Positions 1 through 16,344 of a DNA stretch of 64,000 nt are shown piece after piece. The DNA comes from the human T2T-CHM13v2.0 reference genome, Homo sapiens. The translations under genes were made by a program, and so were the position numbers. Within the stretch, counting starts at the first letter, position 1, and every line of letters starts with the position of its first letter. The stretch is from the NCBI RefSeq assembly GCF_009914755.1, contig NC_060933.1. The stretch is one strand, 5' to 3'. The notes under the pieces are model-generated. The model saw only the letters and a program-made list of their open reading frames with translations, was not told the origin of the DNA and did no database searches.

Positions 1-186
1 TACAAAACTGGTTAATATTATCTGGGGTAATAAAATTGTAAACAAAGTTTCTTCTCTGCCAGCATCCCTTCCCCTCCCCAAAATCTCAGTTTACCAAATC
101 TCCCTATAAGCTAATCTGCGGGTTTACAGGGCTATAAAAATTCCAATTTTGACTATTAGTCAAGGAAACGATTCTGGAGAGAGTCA

Positions 187-506
<320 letters not shown>

Positions 507-913
507 TTCTTCGGAGATATAGCAGTTAGATAATAACAGCATGATAGTAAAGAATAAAGCAATTATTATTTCACCATTTTGAAGTTGAAGATACTACATT
601 TTCTTTTGGAAAGGGGAAGATTTACTTGTTCATTTTTTTAAATGTATCATCTTCCCTCTGGGAAAAATTAATCTGGAAAGTAAGTGTTCAGATATAGAGT
701 TCCCAGAGCTGGCCTGGCTGTGCCAGCCAGGGATGCCTCACTGCTGCCCATCTCATTCTGCCTCCTTACCCTAAATAAACACTGGCAGTGCAAGGACTTT
801 CTGTCACCTTTGGGGGCATCAAAGACTGTTCTGAGCCACCTTTTGTTGACATGCCTTGTAATAACAGCAAAGGACATTCAATGTCATCTCTGACCCACCC
901 CATCCTGTCTCAC

Positions 914-1177
914 CTGTGGTAGTTTGTAGATTTCCATCAACATCTCCAACTGAAAAACAAATGCTGATATAGTTCCTTCAATCGCTGCTATGGATTTGCT
1001 CTGCCTCTCACATGTATAATTGGGAAGGTTCTCGGCCCCTCCTGACAGCCAAAACAGAGGGCCCTCCAAAGTCCTCTGATCAGTGTTGCAGGCATTGTAG
1101 ACGTGATACCCCAAAGACATGTTGAGTAAGAGCAGCGGGCCCCTGTTGATCTCCTCGATGGCAAAAACGAACACAAA
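914..1177 (-). pseudogene. Vomeronasal type-2 receptor (V2R, class C GPCR) exon-2-like remnant
   Basis: Translation FVFAIEEINRGPLLLLNMSLGYHVYNACNTDQRTLEGPLFWLSGGAENLPNYTCERQSKSIAAIEGTISAFVFQLEMLMEIYKLPQ matches V2R/CaSR motifs FAIEEIN..LLPN.SLG, PNY.C and YKIPQ. It ends at a phase-0 CAG|GTGAG donor (913-909), the conserved intron position. In-frame stop just upstream; neighbouring V2R exons not found. Confidence 0.9.
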
Positions 1178-1182
1178 AAGAG

Positions 1183-1256
1183 TCAAAATGCATGTTTAGA
1201 GGACAAACTCTCACACCTGCCACTCAAGGCCTCACAAAAGCCATCTCTACCCTGAC
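1183..1256 (-). pseudogene. Candidate C-type lectin domain exon 4 (C..GF-CE)
   Basis: Acceptor ttttcacatgctcAG; phase 1 completes the Cys codon from the preceding exon: (C)QGRDGFCEALSGRCESLSSKHAF*. Confidence 0.3.
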
Positions 1257-1882
1257 CTGAGCATGTGAAAATGAGGTATACAAGACTCAGAGAGCCGTGA
1301 ATTAGCTGAGTACCAGAGGATAAATCAGTATGCAAAGAGAGTACAATTTAAGACACTGCAATTTAATGGTGAGTTGGGTTTCCAAAGGAGTCAGTATGGC
1401 AGGACTTCAAGGGCGTTTATTCACTTTGTTTACCAAGAAACTAACCAGTGGCTGAAATTGAAACTAAAGTAGACAGTGGGCGTGGGATAAGAAAGGATAT
1501 TGAGGATAAAAGATCAGGGTCCATATAAGAGGCCAGGCTGGACAAGGAATCAGAGAGGGCAGGTAAGAAAGGAGAATGTATTTTGGAGGAAATGGCCTCA
1601 CACATTGGCTGGGTTGCGGATGCTTAAACATCATTTGGTTGTGCCTCTTGGGTCAGAAAAAATAAATCCAGGCTTTAGAGTCCTTAGAAAAGAGTGGGGA
1701 AGCATGGCATTGTAATGATTCTGGGAGAAGCATAAAGAGGCCAACAATGACTAATCACAAGCAAAGCAAAGAAAATTCTAAAAGCATTGTGGCCTTTAAA
1801 AAAAAATTTATATCACCCAAATACCTCAAGCAATGCTGGCAAGAGCTAAATTCAATTTTCCTTCACTCTTTTTCTGACTTAC

Positions 1883-2047
1883 AAGCAGCCTCATTTCATG
1901 TTGAAATGCCTCCCTTCCCCAAAGTTGCAGGATAAGCACAATCCCAACAAATGACCCAATAGAACAAGGACTGCCTTCAGCTATGTTGTTCTTTTTAATT
2001 TTCAGTGGAAAAAGCAAATTCTTAAAGGTCTTCAAGAGGTAGAAAGG
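1883..2047 (-). pseudogene. Candidate C-type lectin domain exon 3 (DC...WND-like..C)
   Basis: Acceptor cctcctacAG and perfect GTAAGT donor; 3' half reads WDCAYPATLGKGGIST*NEAA(C) with TGA at the W of the WND motif; several stops. Confidence 0.4.
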
Positions 2048-2347
2048 CTGTAGGAGGCATTCGGGTATTATAATAATTGCAGATTCTATGGTAGCCTACG
2101 TATAATATTGTGTGTGATATTCTCAAGCCCACTGCTAAGTATGCATAAATATCCACACTTCATATGTGGTAATATTTCCTGAAATAGGATAAATGCAAGA
2201 TAAATTCTAAGCCCAAATTTAAATGCACTTCTGACTTTAAAACTTGTTATTTCTTATATATCCTTTGACCTCCTTAGAACTGACATTTAACTCCCTAAAA
2301 AAATACTAGAGCTTGTTAGTCAGGCAAACTACATTTACTAGACTTAC

Positions 2348-2663
<316 letters not shown>

Positions 2664-2750
2664 TAATAGCATGTCTCAAAATAGAAAATTGGGCAGAGTG
2701 TTCATAGGGTTTCAGAGACTCAGCTGGATGTTAAAATCACCCAGGGTCTA

Positions 2751-3043
<293 letters not shown>

Positions 3044-3738
3044 TTCACCCAGGGTCTTACAAGGAGCAGAACAAGTTGGGACTAATCAGAGTTTCTGATA
3101 TAACAGCTGTGGACTGCAGGAGCTAGCTAAGTCTTAAAGCAAACCTTAATAAATCAGCTCTTAGTCCAATAAGTAAGTTGTTGAATTGGTTCAGCCTTTT
3201 TTTTTTTTCCAGGAGCAGTTATTCCCTGCAACAAGCAGTTTTTTTTTTTACTTGTTCTCGGTGTTGTTCATCAAAAATAGGACAGTGTGCTTAATCTCAA
3301 GACTGTTTAGCACAGAGAGGGATAGAGTATGTTGGCCTCAAAAACTGTTGAACGTTATGACAGGAAACTATGCAGGTTTGTAGCATTATTGAACACAAGA
3401 ACAATACATTATTTCCATATTTTTGGATTGACAATTGTTAAGGTCAGAAATGTTTGTTTACCCGTGGAATAGATCATTATGATAGTGGCAAATGTTCACA
3501 GGCCATAGGACATGACAGACATTAGCCTAAACCTAAAAGAAACTAAACAAACTAAACTCTAACCAGTGAAAGATTTCCATTTAAAAACAAAGAAACTATT
3601 TTCATTTTAGTTCTCAAAAAATATTTAGAAAAGTAGAAATTACTGGAGTTTAGATGACAATATATTGAAGCTCAAAACAAAAATAAAATTTAACTCCTAA
3701 CATGCGTACACACACACGCACATAAAAAACTCACGTGT

Positions 3739-4041
<303 letters not shown>

Positions 4042-4106
4042 TCATGTGCACATGCAAATGCACACAAGTATAGATGGAGGCATCTATCAGTAAATACACG
4101 TATTAC

Positions 4107-4200
4107 TCAGACCTGGTGGGTTATCTCCACAGCCTGTCCAAAATCCTTGGGGATTATAATCCTATCCACCAAATTCTTCCTCTGTGTTGATTTAGATTTT
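4107..4200 (-). pseudogene. Candidate C-type lectin domain exon 2 (WIGL / W.W.DG)
   Basis: Acceptor ctctttttAG, donor GA|GTAATA; reads NLNQHRGRIWWIGL*SPRILDRLWR*PTRS. Confidence 0.45.
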
Positions 4201-4558
4201 CTAAAAAGAGAATGATACTTAAATTGATAACTATAATTTGGACAGATTAACATAGCAAAGTAAAATATTTTGAAAAATAATTGCTTAACCATAATCATTT
4301 TTTTAGTAATTTTATTTTGAAATTCTTGTGGACTCCTAAGTTTTCTCCACTGTCATCTTCTACATGACTGTAAACAAGGTGGAGGTGTTTGAGACATGGT
4401 AGGCCTTTCATTTTGTTTTTATTTTTGCTTTTTAGCAATTATGGTGATAAACTGCCTTGAATCCTTGGGCTGAAAAGCAAAATGTTTTGAGATGCTTAGA
4501 GTTTTAAGGAATTAGATCTGAATTTGAAGAAGGCATTTTAGTTTATACCAATGCTCAC

Positions 4559-5336
<778 letters not shown>

Positions 5337-5492
5337 CTCACTCACTATTTCTTCAATGAGAGTACTAATCTTTGTGCTGGTAAGGAAAATATTTTCAAGC
5401 CAAAAGCATGAGATTTGGGAGAAATATAAATTTATACCAGAAATATATAGTAAATTTTTCTTACAAATTGATATTTAATAAAATTTGCATAG

Positions 5493-5855
<363 letters not shown>

Positions 5856-6427
5856 CATAAAGCATATTTTAAAAATAAGTGATTTTAATTAAAATAAGAA
5901 ACTTGAATTCAGACCAGTATTTAAATCCAATCCCAGAAATGAACATTAGCTACCGAGAGGCAAAAATATTTAAGGAATCAAATGGGCCTAGAAATATTTA
6001 GTGTTTTGCCTTGGATAACTGCATTATTTGCAATGAACCTTCAAAAATCATGTAGTAGGTAATCCTGGTTAACCTAAATTAAATTGTACCCAGATTGATA
6101 GCACCTGCCCATTTTCTAGATAATGGCAGCCATCCACTGAGGAGAGGAACTGCCTACCATGACTGGGAAGAGTGAATGAGAACTTTATTGTAAAAACTCA
6201 AAGTACCCAGTGAAGTTTGAGATAATATTTGAGTCATTCATTCATTCATTCATTCTTTTAACACATATCCAGCGTCTTGTATGCGCCCAGGCACACAATA
6301 TTCTAGCAAGAAGTTTTATGAAAGTGAGTAAGATAGATTAAAAATTCCTGCTCTAGTTTTATTTGCAATGCATGTAGGGGAAACATTTTTTTAAAGTAAG
6401 GCACAGGTGAAAAATTCTGGGGAGACG

Positions 6428-6678
6428 GGCTGGGCACGGTGGCTCACGCCTGTAATCCCAGCACTTTGGGAGGCTGAGGAGGGCGGATCACAAGGTCAGG
6501 AGATCGAGACCATCCTGGCTAACACGGTGAAACCCTGTCTCTATTAAAAATATAAAAGAAGTTAGCCGGGCTTGGTGGCGGGTGCCTGTAGTCCCAGCTA
6601 CTTGGGAGGCTGAGGCAGGAGTGAGTCGAGATCGCGTCACTGCACTCCAGCCTGGGCGACAGTGTGAGACTTTGTCTC

Positions 6679-6706
<28 letters not shown>
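6428..6706 (+). mobile_element. AluY with 32-bp internal deletion
   Basis: gaggcaggag joined directly to tgagtcgagatc. Confidence 0.9.
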
Positions 6707-6709
<3 letters not shown>

Positions 6710-6893
6710 TGATGTGATTGGATCAGTTAGTGTGAGTGGAGGATGTAGAGACAGGAGGGTGAGAGGGGAACCTGTAGGAAGAGGATTCCTCTCACTCCCA
6801 TCTGTGGCCAGAGCATCCTTGCCCCCACTCTGAGCGCACTCCCCCGCCTCTGCTTTGCTTCAGTCACTTGCATGGTTAGAAACCGCATTTTAC

Positions 6894-7329
<436 letters not shown>

Positions 7330-7442
7330 CTAAACAGACAATATGTAGTGGAGGAACACTCTTTCTCAATATTAGCTAATAAATATGTATTTTTAATAAG
7401 CTGATTAAGGCTTTGTTAGTTTCTCAATGATAACATCGGGCC

Positions 7443-7662
7443 CATGGTTCTCAATCAGGGTATGATTTTGCCCCTCAGAGGACATTTTGCAATATCTGGA
7501 GGCATTTTCAGTTATTATAAGTGGGGCTGGGTGGATGCTGCTGGCATCTCATGGAGAGAGACCAGAGATGCTGTTAAACATCCTATAATGCACAGGACAG
7601 GCCCCCACAACACAGAATTATCCAGCCTAAAATGTCACTAGTGCTGAGGGTGAGAAACTCTG
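7443..7662 (+). mobile_element. MER20 (hAT-Charlie MITE)
   Basis: catggttctcaa...tgagaaactctg termini and internal similarity to the MER20 consensus. Confidence 0.85.
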
Positions 7663-7728
7663 ACACATCGATTCAGTGATGTTCTGGCAACAGCCAATAA
7701 AGTCAGCAATTAAAAATTTGTATTGTAG

Positions 7729-8016
7729 GGCCAGGCGCGGTGGCTCACGCCTCTAATCCCAGCACTTTGAGAGGCCAAGGTGGGCAGATCACGAGGTCAA
7801 GAGATGGAGACCATCCTGGCCAACATGGTGAAACCTGTCTCTACTAAAAATACAAAAATTAGCTGGGCATGGTGGCATGTGCCTGTAGTCATACTCGGGA
7901 GGCTGAGGCAGGAGAATATCTTGAACCCAGGCAGTGGAGGTTGTGGTGAGCCGAGATTGCACCACTGCACCCTAGCCTGGTGGCAGAGCGATACTCTGCC
8001 TCAAAAAAAAAAAAAA
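7729..8016 (+). mobile_element. Alu (AluSc-like)
   Basis: Full dimer with A tail. Confidence 0.95.
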
Positions 8017-8834
8017 TTCATTGTATGAATATTCAAAATTATACATGATTGTAATTATAATTGAGTCATGAAGGCTGAAAATAAAGATAAATGAATCAAG
8101 CTTCATTTAAGTAGCAAAATGAAAGCCTCTCCATCCTCCATTATCGAACCAAGAGGAAGCATTTTACATTCCAATATTTTCAATAAGAGTGTTTTATTTT
8201 TGGTCGTTCATGAATAGCAAATAATTGATCTTACAGTCGGCATTAAATAAAGAAAGTTGGTCAGAAAAGCAACCCACTTAATCACCCTCGAACAAAAATT
8301 TTGCAAATTGTCCAAGTCATTCAGGTAAAATATTTATTTTAATAAAATCTCTATTATTTTCACTGGAACAAGACAAGCCTTTCTTTTTCTGGAAGCATCT
8401 ACCCCTCTTTCAGATTATACATATTTTAAAATAAGTGAAACAACGTGGTTGCTATCTCAGTAGCTTTGGATCATGTGCCTGGCACTCTGCATGCAGCAGC
8501 AACCTGTGTGGTTTCCTTGGGTAAAACTGAAAGCATATTTAATTTTTAAAAAGTTTCTTCTCTAATTTAAATCAAAATCTGCTTTTTCTATCAAACTTGT
8601 ACATTTTACTGTACCATTTTTTTCTCAGCAAAGAATAGCTTTGATTCATGAATTTATCAGATTTATTAGAGATTTGGAGGGATGTGATGGTCACAGTTTA
8701 GAAACAAGTCATAAAGCCCTTAGCGATCCCTAACTTAATATTCTATGCTGATGATTGCAGAATGTGTAATAATCAAAACGGTAAATAAACCTTAAGTTTT
8801 AAGCCTCTTGGGTTTGGGGTTTGTTTGTTGGTAT

Positions 8835-9220
8835 TGACAAAGATTGCTTGGTGAAACCTTAGTCAGTCAGCATCCCGAACCTTCTCCTAGGCCCATCTAT
8901 GTATGTCTTTGTAAAATCCAGTTTGAGCAAAAATCCCCACTAAGTCAATTTAGCAAGCACCCCCATGCTGGATATCTGATCATCCTCCATATGAAATCAG
9001 GGTCTGCATCTTCCACTGTCTCCCAGGTGAGGTCTGATCACCCCCATCTGGCTTCGGCAGATTTAACCAGAATCCCCCTCACCCCTAATATTTCCTTCCT
9101 CTTAGTAACTTTTTATCCACTGACTCCCACACTGCTCCATAGCTACAAATTCCCACCTGCCCATGCTGTATTCAGGGTTAAGCTCAGTCTGTCTCCTCTC
9201 CTGCAATATTCTATTGCCTT
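8835..9220 (+). mobile_element. MER31-like ERV1 LTR (3'-truncated)
   Basis: tgacaaaga start; gatatctgatca repeats; cttagtaa..tccactgac motifs. Confidence 0.7.
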
Positions 9221-9545
9221 GATGAATTTGTTAATTAAACATGACTTATTCATTTCACAATGTAAACATATATCAGAACATCACATTGTATCCCACACAT
9301 ATATGCAACTGTTATTTATACATTAAAAATAAGATTTTAAGAAGTCTAAAAACTAAAAAACACACACAAAAATTTAGGAAACAGCACACACACACACAAT
9401 GGTAACTATATGAAATGATGGTTATGTTAATTTTGTTGACTATGGTAATTATTTTACCATGTGTACATATACCAAATTACTATGTACCTTGAGTATATGT
9501 AAATTCGTATTTGTCTGTTGCACTTCAATAAAGCTGGAAAAAAAA
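9220..9545 (+). mobile_element. Two stacked L1MA-type 3' end fragments
   Basis: catttcacaatgta..acatcacattgta and atggtaactat..tcaataaagctggaaaaa L1MA termini. Confidence 0.65.
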
Positions 9546-9620
9546 TAGCAAACTGAATCCAACACTGTGTGAAAAGAATTATACACCATGACTAAGGGAG
9601 ATTTATTCTGAGTATACAAG

Positions 9621-10458
9621 TGATAGGGACAGGATGCAGGGAAATTCTGGGCAGAAGAGGGTGGGGCCCTCATGGGGGACCCCCATGAGGGCCCCACCCT
9701 CAAGCCAAAAAGCCTCTGGACCACGGCCCAAAGTGAGAACTTACATCCCTGTTTTCCCCCTCGAATGTTGCCTTTTCCTAAACCACCCATGGCTCCACCT
9801 CCCATCCTGTGCCTATAAAAACCCCAGAGCTCAGCTGGCAGAAAGAGGAGATGCAGCTGGACATTGGAGACTACGGCTAGACATCGGAGAGAAGCAGCTT
9901 GACTTCAGAGGGACATTAGAGAGAAGCAGCTTGATGGCGTAGCTTTGGAGAAGAGTCGGCTGGGGACAGCCAGACTCCAGGGGAAGATTACCTTCCTGCT
10001 CTGACCCCTTTTCAGCTCCCCTTCCTATTGAGAGCCACTTTCAATGGCAATAAAATCCCCCACATTTACCATCTTCAATTTCTTTGTGCAACCTCATTCC
10101 TCCTGGATGTCAGACAAGAACTCAGGTGCCCTGAGTGTGGGTGCAAAAGGGTGTCACACTGACCCTGCACTGAGCTGTTAAAACTTTAGCCCTCCATGAA
10201 TGGCAAAGCTAAAAGGGCACTGTAACACTTTCTCTGGGGGTTCAGGGGTCACGGGCACCCTCCCCTAGATGCTGCCACAGGGTCAGTACAGAGTTTACTC
10301 TTGCTGGTGCCCAAAAGCACTTGCCCCAGCTCCTACACCTACACCTGCACTACCCCTCCGGCGAGGGGTGGAGCAGCAAGTGAATGGAGTTCGCCCCTGC
10401 AGGCACTCATGCACTCCAGTTCCTACCCATGAAGGGGTCAGGGAAATATACTGCTTTA
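9621..10458 (+). mobile_element. MER50-like ERV1 solo LTR
   Basis: tgatagggacagg start; tataaaa and aataaa signals; 4-bp TSD caag (9617-9620 and 10459-10462). Confidence 0.85.
9657..9701. repeat. Perfect inverted repeat, 22-bp arms, 1-nt spacer
   Basis: gagggtggggccctcatggggg-a-cccccatgagggccccaccctc. Confidence 0.95.
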
Positions 10459-11698
10459 CAAGTTTGACTCAACATTTGAAAATCATTTAATGCAACCCAT
10501 CATATCAACAGCCTGAAGAAAATGAACCATATGTTCATAGTGATTATATCAATGGAGGCAGAGAGAGAATTTGACAAAATCCAACATCCATTCATGATTT
10601 TAAAATTCTCAGCAAACTACGATGGAGAGGAATATCCTCAACCTCAAAAAGAACATCTGTAAAAAAAAACCCTACAACTGATATCATAATTAATGGTGAG
10701 AATAAATGCTTTCCTGTAAAGATGCTAAGATCAGGAACAAGGCAAGGGTGTCTTCTGTCAGTACTTCTATTCAAGTCATACCAGCAGACCAAGCTAATGC
10801 AAACAGACAAGACAAGAAAAGAAAAGGTATACAGATTAAGAAGGACAATATAAAATTCTGTTGGTTCACAGATCATATGATTGTCTATGCAGAAAATCTC
10901 AAAGAATCAACAATAGAAAAAAAATTCTGGAACTAAATGATTATAGCAATAATTCAAGATACATGTATAATATACGAAAGTCAACTGCTTTTCTGTATGC
11001 TAGTAATGATCAATTGGAATTTGAAATTAAAAGCAATACCGATTATATTAGCATTGAAGAAAAAGAAATACTAACAGAATGTGAGCAAGATCTATAAGAG
11101 GAAAACTATGAAACTCATCAAAAAAGTCAAATAAGATTCAACAAATTGAGAAACATTCCATGTTCATGTATAGAAAAACTCAATATTGTTAATTCCCAAT
11201 TTGATCTATAAATCCCTCGATTGAAATCCTCACAAGTTATTTTGTGAATATTTTGAGACTGAGCCTAAAATGTATATGAGAAGGCAAAAGACCTACAATA
11301 GTCAACACAATGTTGAAGGAAAATAGCACCATCAGAGAACATATACCACCCAACTTCAAGACTTACTATAAAGCTAGTAATCTAGACAGAGTGGTGTTGG
11401 TGAAAGTATAGACAAACAGGTCAAGAGAACAGAATAATGAGTTCATAAGTAGATGCACACAACCATAGTCAACAGATCTTTGACAAAGTAGCAGGGGAAA
11501 GTCAATGGACAAAAAACCTTTTCAAGAATTTATGCTGGAACAGCTGGACATTCACATACCAAAAAAAATCGAATCTAAACACAGACTTTATATATTTTAC
11601 AAACATTAATTTAAATGTATCACAGACCAAAATTAAAACACAAAACTATAAAATTCCCATAAGATAACTAAGATAACACAGGGGAAGAGCTACATGAC

Positions 11699-11845
11699 TT
11701 TTTTTTTTTTTTTTTGAGTTGAGATCTCGCTCTGTCGCCCAGGCTGGAGTGTGGTTGGTGCTATCATGGCTCGCTGCAGCTTTGAGCTCCTGGGCTTATG
11801 TAATCCTCTTGCCTTACCCTGTGGAGTAGCTGAGATTATAGCATA
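11699..11845 (-). mobile_element. Alu right-arm fragment (AluJ/FRAM-like)
   Basis: Poly-T followed by reverse right monomer. Confidence 0.85.
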
Positions 11846-13439
11846 GGTGACTTTTTATTTGGCAGCGACTTTTTACATCCAACACTGAATCCTCGATCCA
11901 TAACATTTTTTAAAAAGGTGAATTTCATTAAAATTAAAAATTTCTGAGACTATTCAGAGAATGGAGAGGCAAAAAATTAGGAAACATTTTTGCAAAACAC
12001 ATAAATGATAAATAATTGATGTCCAAAATATACAAAAACTCTTAAAATTAAAAAAAGGAAACAGAAGATCTGAATAGATATCTCACCAAAGATGTTATAC
12101 ATGTGGCAAATAAACATTTATAAGTTGCTCAACATCATATGTCATTAGTTAATTACAAATTAAAACAGTATCAAGAAGCTATACACCTATTAGAATGGGT
12201 ATAATAAAAAAAAAACCTGACAATACTAATTTCTGACAAGGATATGGAGCACCAGAAGCTGTCATTCATTCCTGGTGGGAATGCAAAATGATGCAACCAC
12301 TTTGGAACACAGTTTGAGTCTTGCCAAATGATTCAACGATTTCACTCCTAGGTATTTACCTAAATGGGTTGAAAATACATGTCCACACAAAAGCTGCATA
12401 TAAATGCTTATTGCAGCTTGATTCATAATTGCCAAAAATTGGAAGGAACCAATCATCATTCAAATTGTGTAAGGGTAAACAAACTTGGTATGTACACACT
12501 GAAATATTAGTCAGCAATAAAAAAGTTAATCATCAAGCCATGAAAATACATGGCAAAACCTTAAATGCACACTGCTCAGTGAAGGAAGCCAGTCTGAAAG
12601 ATGATATACTGTATGATTTTAATGATAAGGGATTCTGGAAAAGGCCAAATTCTAGAAACATTAAAAAATCAGTCATTGTCAAGTTGTAGGTGCAGAGGAG
12701 GAAAGGTATTGATTTAAAATTGTAATATAAAATTTATACAAATAACTAGTGTGGACTATTGCATCCTACCCTAGTTACCACCACTTTTAACATTATTCAG
12801 CTGCTCTTTTTCCCTGTCCAGGTCCCATGCCCGTATCTACTGTGACAGTCACAGTAGAACCTCTTGAGGTAGGCCAGCTTCAGCATGACCTGTTTCTCTA
12901 GGATGTCTGCATGCAGCTCTGTCTATTACAATGGTGTAATACCTACATGGCAGGCATTTGGCATGAGGAAAGTGTCCCAACTTAAACAAAAGTGTCTGGC
13001 AGGCTTATGTCAGAGCAGAAAATCCCCTTTTCAAATCAGAGAATTTCCCAATTTAAAGTTATTTCATCATAGCCTGTCGAGGCCAGATGACATCATAGGT
13101 CTCCTCATTCAATCGCTTCATGCTGTGGATGAAGGGACTGAGTCTACAGAAGAGTTGGGTTATCTTCCCTTGCTTTTCATATGACGGAATCTTTAGTCAT
13201 GCCTGAGTCCAGTGAGTGACTTTTGGGTTCTGAAAGGCTGAACTTCTACCCACAGGATGCTTGGCCTGATAAACAGAAGATTCAGGAGATTGACAACCAC
13301 ATTATGTTTTTTCTTAGCTTCATTCAGCACTGCTTTTTAGTCCATGCTTCAGTTTTCTCAGATCATTCTTAGCCTCAGACACTGGAGGTTAAGTATCTCC
13401 AAAAGGCACTCCTGGTTCAATTCCTAATTCCCCTACAGA

Positions 13440-13990
<551 letters not shown>

Positions 13991-14028
13991 CAGCTTGTGT
14001 CCAAGAAAGCAGAGCCGGGGGCATGTAA

Positions 14029-14358
<330 letters not shown>

Positions 14359-16037
14359 AGGTATACAATCTGATGTTTTGATACACATATACATTGTGAA
14401 ATGATACCACTATCAAGCTAATGAACATATGCATCACCTCAAATAGTCACCATTTGTGTGTGTGGTGTGCGTGTGTGTGTGTGTGTGTGGTGAGAACATC
14501 TGAGAACTGCTTTCAGCAGATTCCAAGTATATAATACAGTATTAACTATAGTCACCATGCTGTAAATAAAATCTCCAGAAATTATTTATCCTGTATAACA
14601 GAAACTTTGTACCCTTTAGCCAACATCTCCCCGTTTTTCCCATCTTCTGTCCCCTGGTAACTATCATCCTACTGTCTACATCTGTAGGTTTCACTTTTTT
14701 TTTTTTCCTTTTTAGATTGCATCTATAAGTAAGATCATTCAGTATTTGTGTTTCTGTGCCTGGTTTAGTTCACTCACTATAATGTCCTCCAGATTCATCC
14801 ATTGTCACAAATGAGAGGATTTCCTTCTTTTCCAAGACTGAATCATATTCCATGGTACACATATACTACATTTTATTTATCCAGTGACTTGTCGACAGAC
14901 ACTCAGGTTGTTTCCATATTTTAACTATTATGAATAATGTTGTATTGAATATGGGAGTGCAGATATCTCTTCGAGATAGTGATTTCATTTCCATTGGATA
15001 TATAACCACTAGTGGTATTGCTTAATGATATGGTAGTTTATTTTTAATTTTTTGAGAAAGCTGTTTTGGAAGAACCAGTCATCACAGAAACCTACACTGT
15101 TTTCCATAATGGGGGTACTAAGTTACATTCTCACCAACAGTGTACAAGGGTTCCCATTTCTCCACACCTTCATCAACACTTATCTTTAATCTTTTTTATA
15201 ATAGCCATTCTAGATTATGAAATTACACCTCGCTGTGGTTTGATTTACATTTTTTTCTGATGACTAGTGATTTTGATATATCAATATATTGATATAATAC
15301 AAATATATTATAAAATTTTTTCATACATTTGTTGGCCAAATAGATATATCCTTTGGAGAAATGTCTACTTAAGTCCCTTGCCCATTTTTAAAACTGGGTT
15401 ATTTGTTTTCTTGAAATTGAGTTGTTTGATTTTAGTATATATGTTGGATACTGACCCCTTACCAGATGTATGGCTCACAAATATTTTCTCCCATTCTATA
15501 AATTGTTTCTTCACTTTGTTGATTATTGCCTTTGCTATGAAGAAGTTTTTTGGTTTGATGTAATCCCATTTGTCTATTTTTGCTTTTGTTGCCTTTGCTT
15601 TTGGAGTCGTATCCAAAAATTTATTCCACAGAATAATGTTAAGAAGGTTTTCCCCCAGTATTTTTACATTGTTAGGTGTTTAAGTTTTTAATCCATTTTG
15701 AGTTGATTTTTGCATGTGGTGTGAGACAAGGGTCCAATTTCATTCTTCTGCATGTAGGTATCCAGTTTTTCCTACACCTTTTGCTAAAGAGACTATGTTT
15801 TCCATTCTGGGTTCTTAGCACCTTTGTTAAAGATCAATTTACTGTAATTGTATGGATTTATTTCTGAGCTCTCTGTTCTGTTAAATGGTCTATACCTCTG
15901 ATGAATGCCAATACCATCGTGTTTGATTGCTATAACTCTGTAATATATTATAAAATTAGGTAATATAATTCATTCAGTTTTGTTCTTCTTGCTTAAAATT
16001 GCTTTGGTTATTTGGGATCTTTTGTGGTTCCGTATAG

Positions 16038-16344
<307 letters not shown>

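Larger units (their letters stand above)
9546..12710 (+). mobile_element. Old L1M (L1MC/MD-like) ORF2 and 3' region, interrupted by MER50 and an Alu monomer
   Basis: Degenerate ORF2 peptides (e.g. FTDHMIVYAENLKES in the FADD region); continuous across the LTR. Confidence 0.85.

Noticed and set aside
8237-8324. Plus-strand AG..GT segment reading WSEKQP
   Set aside because: Isolated, on the opposite strand, contains a stop, no partner exons.
8400-8526. Minus-strand segment FYPRKPHRLLLHAECQAHDPKLLR* after a good acceptor, resembling another CTLD first exon
   Set aside because: No clear donor, the key Trp is absent, and no rest of a domain follows; short CTLD-like motifs arise by chance. Worth including in the frameshift-aware search.
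12822-12868. Plus-strand mini-exon with a strong acceptor
   Set aside because: 47 bp, no interpretable peptide or neighbouring exons.
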